DNA of 64,000 bases, taken from contig MCFE01000506.1 in NCBI GenBank assembly GCA_002104905.1, forward strand, positions 1,221 through 65,220, given 5' to 3'. Shown here piece by piece: positions 14,400-27,800 of this stretch (the first letter of the stretch is position 1; each line of letters starts with the position of its first letter). The stretch comes from Basidiobolus meristosporus CBS 931.73. Taxonomy: Eukaryota > Fungi > Basidiobolomycota. A program made the translations under genes and the position numbers. The notes beneath the pieces are model-generated. The model did no database searches, was not told the DNA's origin, and saw only the letters and a program-made list of their open reading frames with translations.

Positions 14400-15959
14400 A
14401 GTTGCTATGCTTTACTTTCATTGCAGTAGCCCAACAGTGTGCAGTCAACATTTTTTTGCTCAAGTTATAATAGATTTCTGGGCAGTGTCTTGGCATAGAG
14501 AGCACACCCAGATATTGTTAGTTGCTCTGCACTTGGTCTGTATCCATACCATGCTTCAAGTGTAGTGGAATCACAAAGTATACTGTTATAACTCCTATGT
14601 CTGGGGTGTGCAGATGTGGCAACTGATTCCACTCAAAAATCACAGGATTATGTTTGATCATGGATCATGGATCTTGCCATATCAATTATTGATCTGTTTG
14701 CACATCCTGCTACTCCATTTTGCTTTGGGGAGTCTAGGACTGTAGTCTCTTGCTTCATCCCATGAATTTTGCAGAAGTGGAAGAAGGGTTTGGAGGTATA
14801 TCCCCCACCTTTGTCAGAGTGTATTTTCTTGATTTTGTCACCAGTTTGTTGCTCCACCATAATTCTAAACTCCCTGAACTTAGATAGCTTTTTCCTTTCT
14901 CTCCATGAGGTAGACACATGTGTATTTTATATAGTCATTAGGAGAATGTTCAAATACTTCATTTCACTTAACAATTTATTTTCCATATGTCCACACAGAT
15001 CTTAGTGCATTAGATATATTTTTTCTGAGTTTTGACTAACCCAGAGCTCTTGAACACTTGTTTGGTTTGCTTCACATACATGCAGGCTACACAGTGTTCC
15101 AAATTAGCTGGGGGGTCAATTTTTACTGCAGAAATTAGCTAATCTTAACTCAATTTATTCAAATAATCAAAATTGATGTGTAGAGATCTCCTGTGCCAAA
15201 GCATTGGTGTTTCTTCATTTAAGATACTTATATTGGCTTCAAGATATGATGGAATACAAGTCACCTTACACAGATTCTTATCCCTGATACCTGAAGTAAA
15301 AAAGCTGAACATGACTAACAGGTGTCTTTTAATGCCTCCAAGCATTCTTTGCCCTTTTTGCTCTTGGGTATTGAATTAGCAATTTCCTTTGACATCAAGG
15401 CAAATGCAGTTGAAGGCACTTTATTCTTTCTTTTTGCTCTTTAAGAATTCCTTTTCCATGCTTTGAAGAGGGCATTCTTCTCCTTTCTTGTAGTAGCATC
15501 TTCATCTTCCTCTTCCATATTTGGTAATTTGATCCATCCAACAGCATAGGGAAAGTTCCAGTACTAACAGTAGTAGACATCGTAGAGAGTGAAAGCTTGG
15601 GGCTTGTAATCTGTTGTAAAAGTCTTGGAGATATTGGAAGCAATTGGGAGAAGAAGTAGATTATGCAATTTTTGCCTAATGATTTTTTGAATGTAAAAGT
15701 AGTATTGATACTTTTATATGGTCTTGGCATAGCAATCACATGGAATAGGCTTAGAAAGGTCCCAAAAACATGTGTGCAAAGCTTGAGGCTGTTTTAATGA
15801 CTTTGAGAGTTTTCATGTTCCAAGTTCCTGATATTATGGTGAATATTTCCCAAGTAAATCCCAACAAGGATTTTGGTCAGTATTCTCTGAGATTTGAGGA
15901 TAACAATTAAGTGACTAAGTAAGGTAATTATTTAGGTGAAATTACAAATTTTTACAACA
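14400..15959 (-). mobile_element. 5' part of copia family B: LTR (15612-15959), degenerate PBS, gag and integrase remnants
   Basis: LTR-B is followed on the minus strand by GATTACAAGCCC (decayed GGTTATGAGCCC), gag LLDGSNYQIWKRKMKMLL, and integrase HSDKGGGYTS...QNGVA. Confidence 0.82.
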
Positions 15960-17030
15960 AGAACATCATCTTTCTGCAGAGAGAACATACAAGAGTCAGC
16001 ATACAATTGCAGGAAAGCTGGCAAGCTATACATCATTGGCAGTATGTGGAATTAATTAGAAACTAGAGATACTTAAGATAGAGGGTAGCCGTTGGAGCAA
16101 AAGCTTTCCACTGGGAGCAATGCATGTACTCATCAATAATATCCGTGTACTGACAACCAAGTTGTTCATGGAGAATTGGAAGCTAAATGTGCTGTTGGAG
16201 ATACTGGAGAAGTATGATGCTTCTGTGTCCATTTGCTACTCCATGTTGCTTGGTGTGTTGGGAATATTGGACCTTACTACACCTTTTGGGAGTTTCCTAT
16301 GGTAAAGGTATGTGGGGAGAGAGGGAGACAAGTCAAACCACAAGTATTACCATATCCCATCTTGCTTGATGTGTTGAGAATAGTGGGCCTAGCTTCACCT
16401 TTTGGGAGTTTCCTATGAAACCAAAATGTGGGGAGATACAAAGACTAGTCAAGTTGCAAGCACCACCATATCCTAATCTCATCAAGAATATTACCTTTGG
16501 GTACAACAGGGATGTGATTAGTTGGTAAATGCAACAGACTGGAAGAGTTGCAAATACTGAGGGCAGACTCTTGATTTCAGCTATATGTGGAATACCCAGG
16601 GTAGTAGTGGGTAAGCAAAATAAGAGGGGTTATTCTACAGTGAAATATTTGATTGTGCAAGGAGAGGTAGAAAAAGGAAACTCCATTTGGTAAACTGGTG
16701 CACTTGCATTATACAGAGCTAGCTGTAGGCCACCATACCGTTGTAATAATGCCATGACAGGCTTACAATGAGGCTGTCAAAAGACCATCAAGTTTTTGTC
16801 CAAGCTTTGAAGAGAAGTAGTCATATTTTCAAACACAAAACTAGGCAAACTAGCCTTTGTACCTGGATTAGTCAAAACCCTACCCACTAGTATCATAAAA
16901 ATTGAGACAAGAGATTTGAAAGAAAAGCATTGGTAGAAAACCAGCAAAATACCATTAGGATCCTTGCAGAAATCTAGCTGAAAGTTTGGCAAAATTTACC
17001 TTTCAGAGCTTTGACAAGGCAAATGCTTAA
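15960..17030 (+). mobile_element. CACTA/CMC transposase C-terminal fragment with an internal ~115-bp diverged duplication
   Basis: Homologous to ~51270-52800 (ENIGP..TFWEFPM, PYP). The motif ACCTTTTGGGAGTTTCCTATG occurs at ~16280 and ~16398. Confidence 0.7.
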
Positions 17031-20000
17031 AGTCCTTGATACTTCATTACAAGTTGACCCCAAGATATTTGATTTGCCACCTGTTAGTTAGGACTTCCAT
17101 GCTCCATTTTCAGGTCTTGCCTCTTAGATATATCAACTACCACCCCTGTGGAAGTAACCTTGAGAATGAAATCAGAAGTCTTTACAAACATCCTTGCAAC
17201 AATCAAGAGTCAATATCATTATGTCACTGTGCAAAAGCCATCACAATAGAGTTGCCCTCTCCATATGAAAAACAATTTGGTCCCACAGGTGGATCCAATC
17301 CAAATCAGCCATCAAGATCCTATCAAGAGGCCACTATAATACTAGCAGCTTGGGATTAATGACCATCTACACAATCTTGTGACATGATTACAACAGCATT
17401 TTGCTAATTTTAAAACTAAATAAAGTTGATAAAATATGACAGGGTTTGTATGGTGTTTTGCCAAGGGTAACATGGCATTGTTACAGTCTTAGTGCGCTTA
17501 ACAACTGTTGAGTGGATCTAACAGGTTGGTACATGCAATTGCCATTTATGGCAAACAACTTAACAGTGTTTTAATGGGCTCCTTGCAAGCCTGTGAAGGT
17601 ATTAATACAGCATTATAGCAGCCTACAGCTAGTACTGTATAATTCTACTGTACCAATTTACCAAAAGGTGTCACTCCCAATGCTTCCAATGTACTGTTAA
17701 TATAAATGGCTTCAGAAGGCCACTTGAATAAACACATATCCAGTTTATCCAGTCCTTGCACTTCAATTGTTGCAAATGCATATGAATATTGATTGCAGCC
17801 CAAGAGAAGTACTAAGGGTAGCAAATACTATGTAATATCTTGCAAATTCTTTCAAATTTCTCTGGTATCTCATAGGGCTTGTTTAGCTTTAAATGCCCCA
17901 TATACATCTTGGTCATCAGTAAAAGGATATTGTTGAAAAGCAAATGCATAGCTCCCAGTGAAAAGCTTCTTCTCCAGCAGATGCCCGCAGTCTTAACTAT
18001 CTCTGGCTTCCAATTAAATCCATATTTGGGCCAGTTGTGTATAGCTTGCCAGCTTTCCTGCAATTGCATGCTGACTTCTGTATATTCTCTTGGTGGAAAG
18101 ATGATTTTCTTGGTGTTGGTGTTTAGGTAATTATAATGTGTGTGAGTTATGGAGTAAACCCCCTGGATCTCACACATTCAATGGCAATATCATGTATTGT
18201 GCCCAGAAAAGCCAGCTCTCTTGCTGATGGCTGGGGTGCCTCCAATGCAGATATATTTTGTGCGTTTACATGGTAGCTATTGACTTTTGTCCTGCTAAAA
18301 AGCAGACAAAACTTGTTCAATACTGGATACCGTTAGCTCTCCAGGTTGGATAGTAATTTAGGACCAGAGATCAGTGAGACTGCCATCAGATTTTTGCTGA
18401 TACCAAAAGATAGGTAACAGATTCAGGTATGCAATGTTTGCCATTATATAGAGCTTGATTGATACTGAGTTTGGAACTTTATGGCTTCACAATATTTATT
18501 GGACTGCATGAGCTTCTTTATACAGGTATTACTGGAATATATCAAGAGTGTGAGCAATGTGCTCCCCCAAAGGTTATGGAATCCTGACAAGTTGCACACC
18601 TTGCAATACTGGCATTTTCTGATGTGAATGCCAAGTAAGTACAAGCAATTGCTGGTAACAGGATAATCTCTGAGTCATATGCTGCCAGCGGCATGACAGC
18701 TTTCCATTTATAACATGTACATGGTAAGTTGCATCCTGGGATGATCTTGGCAAGAAGTAGTAGTAAATTCTTAAAGCCCCCATTGCTGCTATTAGTGGAA
18801 ATGCACCACTTCTCTAGCCAAAACATCACATCATTCACCAATAGTTGGATTACTGGGCTCACTTGACTCTATAAAGCATTCTTGGCATTATTTTCTTCAG
18901 GTGTTGTCTCATTGCAGGATTGAATATTACTGGGATCATGCAGAGTACATTTGTTAGGGATGATAGGCTCACAATCCATCAGTGAGCCTGCTTCTTCAAC
19001 GTTATCACATTGCATGCCATAATCAGAAAGCTGGGGTGTGCCTAAAGTTGTCACAAACTCTCTGGACTCAGTTAGCGTAAGGTGACAAGTATGGCCAGAT
19101 GCTGTTATAGTAGTATCTAGTGGCTGGCAAGATAGCATTGGTACAGTATTTTTTTTGGGCCTGCATTGGTATGCTAAGAAAGTCTTGCAAGAATAGTAGT
19201 AACTATCAAAGGTAGAAGTACAAGCAAGCAATAGCTAGAAACCAGTGGCCTCTTCAAGTGCCCATCACAAGCAAGACCAAAAGCTGCAAATGATTGTTGA
19301 AGAGACATCAGGTAGCTGCAAGAGTGCTAATAAGGGAAAAGTAGGCAGATTCACATGCACCAGCACAACATTATCAAGGAAAAAGTGTGGTCCTATTTAG
19401 GAAGAACTTGGTCAAAGTAGCAGTGAAGGACCTGGTAGTGATAAAAGCAAGTGGCTACCCCACAAGCCAATCACAGCATGGGCTGAGAGCTTGAAACCAG
19501 CAGGATAGAGGTGTAAGGTTGCCTGCAGAGAGCCAGCAAGGAACAAGCAGGCCAAAAGAGATGCATCAGAGCAGTATTTATTAAGAAGAAAATGTAATTC
19601 AACACAAGAAGTACTCAGACAAAGTAGCAGTGAAAGACCTGGCATTGACAAAGAAAAAGGTAAAGGGGAAAAAGTTTACCCAACCCAGAGACAGGGATGT
19701 TGAAATATTGGACTATTTGGTATCATTCAGCAGCTAAAAATTTACTTAACAATTCTAGGCTAGTCTTAGTCACTGTAGGACTCATTTACTGCCTTAACTT
19801 TGCCACTTTCTCCAGATATATGATCTTATGATTATTCCCCTATAGTCAGGATCAAATTAGCACTATTACCAAACATTATGTACTAACCCTGAAACTGTTA
19901 CAGAATGCTCCTGAATATTGAGAAACCCTCCCTACTTAGTGTTGCAGCTGTATTACTTCTACAAAGGTATAAATACTGAGCTTCTTTATGAATAAACAAC

Positions 20001-20066
20001 AGTTCAACTATTATCACTATTTCTTGATAAGTTCCTTATATCCAAATCACTTCTTAAATTGCAACA

Positions 20067-20078
20067 GGTTATGAGCCC
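20067..20078 (+). promoter_or_regulatory. Primer-binding site GGTTATGAGCCC, complementary to the anticodon stem-loop of initiator tRNA-Met
   Basis: Directly after the 5' LTR. Reverse complement GGGCTCATAACC equals the tRNA-iMet anticodon arm (Ty5/Drosophila copia-type priming). Confidence 0.88.
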
Positions 20079-20102
20079 CAATTGCCTTAATCTATTCTAA
20101 AG

Positions 20103-23100
20103 ATGACTTCTACCAGCAAACAAAGCAATAACAACATCTTCCCTGTAAAGGAGAGGTTTGATGGGAAGAACTACAGACTTTGGAGAATCAAGATGCAGAT
20201 CCACCTTGAGGAAAGAAAGCTTTGGAATATAGTAACAGGAAAGGAAGTTGAGCCCAAAGGAACAGCAGAAGATATGGAGAAGTTTCAAGAGAAGGAGAGA
20301 AAGGCCTTCAATGCAATATGCATCAATGTGCAAGACTCCTTCATTGGACAAATCCATGCCTCAAATACTGCCAAAGCAGCATGGGAATCCTTAGAGAAGA
20401 TCTTTAGAGCAAAGTCAGTATCAAGCAAGCTTTATTCGAAACAAAAGTTCTTCAAAATGAGAAAAAAGCCAGATGATGACATGCTACAACTCATTACCAG
20501 AATGGAGACACTTGCAGAAGAACTTTACAGTATTAATGCTCGTGTAGATGATGAAGAAAAGATACTCTGTCTGCTTTGCAGCCTACCAGACAAGTATGAG
20601 CCACTCATACTTTCTTTTGAAAGCAGAGAAGACAACTTGACTTTAGACTATGTCAAAGGAAGACTTCTCCATGAAGAACTCAGACGTAATGACCAAGCAG
20701 AGAAAATTGAAGATAATGCTTTATACAGTTCAGAAAGGCATACAGAAAAGAAGGGAAAGCAACAAAACCGAAGAAAACCTGGCTGCTGTAACTACTGTAA
20801 GAAGCCAGGACACTGGGCAAGAGAATGCAAGAAGAAACAAGCAGACAAAAAACAGAAACTAGAGCAGGCAAACCATATAACTACTGATGAACAGGTATTT
20901 GTCAGTGTACAAGAGAGTGCAAGTAACCAAAGTAATGAATGGTATATTGACTCTGGAGCATCACAGCATATTTGTGGTATAAAGGATTGGTTCAGCAACT
21001 TGAAAACTATTCCCGTAAGAAAGGTTTATCTGGGAGATAAATCTGCATTGGAAGCTACCACCAGTGGGTCTATACAACTAAATATGAGTGATAACTCAGG
21101 GGCAACAACAGCAAAACTGACTGACGTACTCTATGTACCTGGAATAGCTAAGAACCTACTCTCAGTCAGTAAAGCAACTACTCAGGGACTGAAATTCGTT
21201 TTTACTAAGCTGAGCTGCTCAATATTGAGTGAAAATGGACAAAAATTAGCTTCGGGAATCAGAGATCACAATATATACAAGTTACAATGCAAGATCATTG
21301 TACCTGAGTATGTCAACATTGCTGAAACTGATGAAACCAACTGGGAGACATGGCATAGGAGGCTAGGACACATAGGGGAACAGAAAATGAGCCAATTGGT
21401 GAAAAATCAGCTTGTTTTGGGCCTAAAATACTCAATTCCAATCAAATTGAATGTTTGTAAGGGATGTTCATATGGCAAACAAGCTAGGCAACGTTTCAAG
21501 AGCTCAGAAGGCATCAATACCACTAAAATATTGGCTATTGTACACTCAGACATATGTGGCCCCATGAGAACACTGTCCTTTGGAGCCAAGAGATACTTTA
21601 TGACGTTTATTGATGACAAGACAAGATATACATGGGTGTACTTCCTCAAAACAAAGGATGAAGCTTTAGAGACATTTAGGCACTTCAAGAACATGGCAGA
21701 AACACAAACTGGGTGTAAATTGAAGGTACTACAAAGTGACAATGGAGGAGAATACTGCTCAAAGGAGTTTGCAAAATACTGCTTGTCTACTGGTATACTT
21801 CAACAGACCACAGTTCCTCATACTCCACAGCAAAATGGAGTAGCAGAACGTGCAAATAAAACAATAGTAGAGATGGGAAGATCTATGCTACATGATAAGG
21901 GAATGGAATACAAGTTTTGGGCTGAATCTGTTGCTACCGCTGTATACATCAAACACAGATGCCCAACAACAGCACTACGTGATTCTGCACCCTTTGAAGC
22001 ATATACAGGCAAAAAACCAGATCTCTAGCACCTCAGGATCTTTGGCAGTGATGTTTTTTATCACATCCCTGACAAAAAATGCTCAAAGTTGGAACCAAAG
22101 AGTAGAAAAGGGATCTTTCTTGGGTATTGTGAAGATACTAAAGGGTAAAGAGTGTATGATGGCAAAATTCAGAAGCTGATCAAGAGCAGGGACGTTGTAT
22201 TTGAGGAGAATTCAGATCAGAAAGCCACTGAAATCATTGGCCAGCTGCCTGATGATGCAATCAACACAAATGAAGAAGATACGTACCAAATCCAGCCAGA
22301 GATGGAAGATACTTCTACCAGTTCCAGATCAGAACAGATTATCCCAGTTAGGAGATCTACCAGAATAAGAAATGCCCCTGGATCCTGGTGGCAGACATCC
22401 AATGATCATGAAGAAGCTTATCTTGCCTTATGTGCCAAACCTCAGAATCTGGAACAGGCAATGCAAGGTCCAGATGCTACTAAGTGGCAACAAGCCATGC
22501 AGGAGGAGTACCAATCACTGATCAAGGCAAAAACGTGGGAACTGGTAGATTTACCAAATGGGCGAAAGCCAATAGGATGTAGATGGGTCTACAAGATCAA
22601 GATAACCTCAAATGGTGCCGTTGATAAGTACAAGGCTAGATTGGTAGCTAAAGGCTATTCCCAGATCCAGGGACTAGACTTTAAGGAAACATTTGCTCTG
22701 GTTGCCAAGTTTAACTCTATTAGGACAGTTCTAGCCCTGGCAGCTGTACACAGTCTAGATCTACACCAAATGGATGTCAAAACAGCCTTTCTAAATGGGG
22801 ATTTGCAAGAAACTATATATATGGAGCAACCAGAAGGTTTACCGATCCAAAAAGCCCCCATAAGGTGTGCAAACTTAGAAAATCGTTGTATGGGCTTAAG
22901 CAGGCACCCAGAGCATGGTATAACAAGATTGACACATATCTAGAGGAAATTGGGTTCTCTTGTAGCACTGCAGATCACAGTATATATGTGAAACAGCTCA
23001 AAAAGGGTGTGATCATCCTAGTTCTTTATGTGGACGACCTAATTATAGCTACAAGTGATCAAGAGGCACTTAAACAGACGAAATCAGATCTCTTTGGCAA

Positions 23101-24019
23101 GTTTGAGATGAAGGATCTTGGAAAATTGAGCTATTTTCTTGGAATTGAGGTCAAATTTGACATACCTACGCAGAAAATTGTGCTGAATCAGTCTAAGTAC
23201 ATCAGGGACATTCTTAGACGCTTCAAAATGGAAAATTGCAAACCTGCAGCAACCCCTATGGACAATAACCTGAAATTAAGCAAATCTCAGCCAGTTATAG
23301 AAGAAAACGGCTCAAATATGGACCAAAACTTTCCCTATCAATCAATGGTTGGTAGCCTAATGTACTTGATGGTGTCTACACGTCCAGATATTGCAGTAGC
23401 AGTTGGAATAGTCAGTCAATTCATGCAGAATTATGGATCGGATCAAATTGCAGCAGTTAAGCGGATTTTCAGATATCTACAAGGTACCATATATATGGTA
23501 CTGGAATACTCTGGAGCAGCTAATAGTCAAAAATTTGATGGTTATAGTGATTCAGATTGGGGTAGGGATTTGATTGACAGACGCTCTACCACAGGCTATG
23601 TATTTCTTTATGCTGGTGCAGCTATTACTTGGAATTGCAAGAAACAACCAACTGTGGCACTATCTACAACTGAAGCCAAATATATGGCTGCATGTCAAGC
23701 AACTAAGGAGGCTATATGGCTACAAAAATTATTCAAAGACTTAGGTTTTAATTCAGGTGAACCAACATGTATTTACAATAATAATCAAAGTCGTATTTCA
23801 TTAGCTAGAAATCCTACTAATCATGCCAGAACTAAGCACATTGATATACAGCATCACTTTGTGAGGGAAGCTGTAGAAAATAACTTAGTAGAGCTGGTTT
23901 ACTGCCCAACTGACAAAATGGTGGCAGACATATTGACAAAACCACTAGCTAGGCCACAGTTTGAGATCCTTAGAGAGAAATTGGGATTAAGAAATTATTT
24001 AGTTGAGGGGGAGTGTTGA
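20103..24019 (+). pseudogene. Copia gag-pol polyprotein with 2 in-frame stops and 1 frameshift
   Basis: Zinc knuckle CNYCKKPGHWAREC, protease WYIDSGAS, integrase HSDICGP/SDNGGEY/NGVAER, RT HQMDVKTAF and LYVDD, RNase H YSDSDW. TAG at 22026-22028, TAA at 22146-22148, 1-nt deletion at ~22850-22860. Confidence 0.93.
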
Positions 24020-24865
24020 AATATTGGACTATTTGGTATCATTCAGCAGCTAAAAATTTACTTAACAATTCTAGGCTAGTCTTAGTCACTGTAGGACTCA
24101 TTTACTGCCTTAACTTTGCCACTTTCTCCAGATATATGATCTTATGATTATTCCCCTATAGTCAGGATCAAATTAGCACTATTACCAAACATTATGTACT
24201 AACCCTGAAACTGTTACAGAATGCTCCTGAATATTGAGAAACCCTCCCTACTTAGTGTTGCAGCTGTATTACTTCTACAAAGGTATAAATACTGAGCTTC
24301 TTTATGAATAAACAACAGTTCAACTATTATCACTATTTCTTGATAAGTTCCTTATATCCAAATCACTTCTTAAATTGCAACAAGGGAAGCATGAGAAAAA
24401 ACGTGCATATCTTGCTACTCAACACTTTAAGCCTGGGACAGATGGAATCCCATCTCAAAACTTAACCCAACCTAGAGACAGGGAGGCATGCAAAAAAAAC
24501 TACAGTTCTTGCCAGTTAACACCACAAGCCAGGAACAGACTGAATCCCATCATATCCAAGAAGAATTACCCACAAGAAAACAGCTTCTTTCACCAGATTT
24601 GGAAACATGGCCAGTTGTGCTGCAACCCAGTGAGGTGGATGAGATTATAGAGGATGGCAATTTATCTACCACAGCCTCCACATCCTCTATTATTGACAGA
24701 GTGGTAATCCCACTGACAGACAAAGTAGTAACATCAAGAACTGATAGGGTTATCCCAATGCCCTTGGTGGGGTTTTGGAACATCAATAGGCACACCAGAA
24801 GGTTGCAGCACTTCTTCAAGAGCAGTGGTCAAGAAAATGCACCTAAATATTACCAGGATTTATTG

Positions 24866-27800
24866 TGTTATGATCTGCCGCTTGAATGTTTAAGTTAGAT
24901 CAGTTTTTAGTCAAATCAATTAGTATATGTTTAGGTTATCAGTATATCAGTATTATCTATGAAATCAGTAGCATTAGTCAGCAAATGAATCAGCAGATCC
25001 TTATCAGACAGAAATAGATATATTAAGTAGGATCTTATTGGGTGATGATGATGCAATCAAATGAGTCATCAGCCACAACCTACATTAGGAAATACAATTA
25101 GTCAGCAATTGATCTGGCAAAATGTATATAAGGAGCTGCTGGAACCTCAATAAAAAGCAGTTCAAGTTTTAGTGAATACAATACTAGCTAAACTCCCTAT
25201 TCCTCCACAACTCTTATACCAAGACTTGTAACATTGGTAGCAGCAATAACCAGAAACCTCCCTCCTGAAGAAAGAAGAAACCACCCTCAAGATGTCGGAC
25301 AATCAAGAATGGAAGAATGCCATGCGGCAAATCCTGGCCCAACAGCAGCAGTTACTCCAGATCCTCAGCCAACAGCAACAAGGAATGACTACCATGGCTC
25401 AGAGCCAGTAAAGCCCTGTCAAGAGCAACTTTAGTGTGAAGGTCAACCAGTACCATGGCAGAGTCAATGAAAACCTGGGAACTTGGCTCTTTCAGATTGA
25501 AGAAGCTTTTAAAGCTAAAGGAATTGCTCTAGAGAGCAAGTTGCATTATGCAGCTTCTTACCTGGCAGATGCAGCTTTACAGTGGTATCACAGCAAGATC
25601 AGGTCAGCTACTATGATGGGATGCTCTACAATCTCTACCTGGGATGAGTTTGTGTCGGAAATTCAGGATGCTCTTGAACCTCCACACCAGCAGACACTAC
25701 TAAGAAGGAAGTTAAAGATACTCAGACAGAAAGGAAAGGTGCAAGAATACATCTATGAGTACAGATGTCTACTTGGACAAATTAAAAGAATGGACCCGTT
25801 GGATCAAGTTGAATACTTTATTGATGGGTGAAAGAAAGAACTCGCAAAGAAGTCAATTACCAAAGACCTCAGACTATTGAAGAAGCCATCAAGATTGCCA
25901 TTGACTATGACTCAGCTATCTTTGGACTTGGGAAGCCTACATTGACTAATCAGAAAGGCTATAATCATTATGAAAGAAGACAATCAGAAGCAGTACCAAT
26001 GGAAATAGACACTATGCAGAAGAATCCCTCCTCAGAAGAATGCAAGAAGAGAGGACTTTGCTTCAATTGCCACCAGCAGGGACATATTGCAAAGTACTGC
26101 CCTCATAGAAGAAATGGACACCAGCCAACAAGAACCTTCAACCATATTGAGTCCCATGAACACAGTAATGTGGAAGATGAGCTTGAAGAAGACTTGGAAC
26201 TCACCTTCCATATGACAGAAGAGTACTTGTCCCAAATGACTTCAAACTCAGGGAAGTTATTGTACTTGAATGGAGTAATCAATGGAGTACCTGCCAAGAT
26301 CATGATTGACTCAGGAGCATTGCATGAGTACATGTCAGAGCAATTTGCTTTGAAAGCTGGAATCAACTTGGAACCTGCCAAATCAACTTCAGTTTCCACA
26401 GCTGATGGGAACTCCCACATAATCAACCGTATTACCCAGCCAGTAAGAATGAAGATCAATGACTATGAAGAAGACCTACAGGCTTATATATTTAGGAACT
26501 GCAAGTTTGACCTTGTACTTGGAAAAACCTGGCTATTTTGTTGTAATCCATCAATCAACTGGAGAACCCATGCTACTCAGATCCAAAAAGACAACAAGAC
26601 CTATGAGCTATTACCTGCCATGCTGGATTTCAACTTGGTCAATTCCAGTGTGTATGAGACAAGTGAACTTAGCAAGACCCAGTTCTGTAGAGCACTTAGA
26701 AAAGGTACCGAGATGTTCCTCATGGCGGTATTACAGGAGGATTCCTCTACCCCAGCACCCCAGCAGGTCCAGACTCTCTTGAAGAAATATTCAGACGTGT
26801 TCCCAGATGAGCTTGTAAGCCTACCACCAGTCAGAGACGTGGATCATGCCATTGACACAGGAGATAGCCCTCCAGTGAGCAAGACACCTTACAGAATGAG
26901 TCCATTAGAATTGGAGGAAATGAAGAGACAAATTGATCAGCTATTGGAGCAAGGATACATCAGGCCCAGCAAGTCACCCTGGGGAGCACCAGTGCTTTTT
27001 GTGAAAAAGAAGGATGGAACACTTAGGATGTGCATTGACTACAGAGCCCTGAACTCAGTTACCGTCAAGAATAAGTACCCCATACCTTGGATTGATGAGC
27101 TTTTAGACCAACTTAATGGAGCCACTATTTTCAGTAAGATTGACCTCATGTCAGGATACAACCAAATTAGGGTGAAACCAGAAGATATTCCTAAGACAGC
27201 ATTTAGGACCAGATATGGACATTACGAGTACTTAGTCATGAGTTTTGGCCTCACTAATGCCCCTGCAACATTCATGACGCTGATGCAGACTGTCTTTCAG
27301 GAGTACTTAGACAAGTTTGTGATAATCTACCTGGATGACATATTGATATACAGCAAGACAGAAGAGGATCACATAGTGCACATTGAAAAGGTCTTGAAGA
27401 AACTAAGAGAGAACAAGCTATATGGCAAGCTAGCCAAGTGTGAATTCTTCAAGGAACACGTTGAATACCTGGGATGCATAGTGACTAGCACAGGAGTGAC
27501 CTTAGACCCTAAGAAGGTTGAAGTTATCAAGAATTTGAAGCAGCCCCATAGCATATCAGAACTCAGATCCTTCCTTGGAATGGTTTCCTATTATCGGAGA
27601 TTTGTCAAGTCATTTGCAAGTATTGCAGCCCCTTTAACTGATATCCTCAAGAAAGACAATACCTACAAGTGGGACATAGCTTGTGAGACTGCCTTCCAGA
27701 TGCTAAAGAATGAACTTGCTAAGCTGCCAAGCTTAAGAATACCAGACTTCAGAAAAGAGTTCACTCTGTGCACAGATGCTTCAGATTATGCAATTGGTGG

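Larger units (their letters stand above)
19698..24382 (+). mobile_element. Full-length Ty1/copia retrotransposon (family A, 4685 bp)
   Basis: 369-bp LTRs at 19698-20066 and 24014-24382 (TG...CA; no difference found by eye), 5-bp TSD AGGGA, PBS at 20067-20078, PPT GAGGGGGAG at 24005-24013, domain order gag-PR-IN-RT-RH. Confidence 0.97.

Noticed and set aside
25234-25434. ORF-track 66-aa ORF as the gypsy gag N-terminus
   Set aside because: The frame starting at ATG 25292 is in register with 25436 through one TAA and reads as a plausible Gag start; the listed ORF is off-frame.
25820-25835. Programmed gag-pol frameshift in the gypsy element
   Set aside because: The break falls inside the Gag DGLK motif, upstream of the zinc knuckle; a 1-nt deletion explains it.
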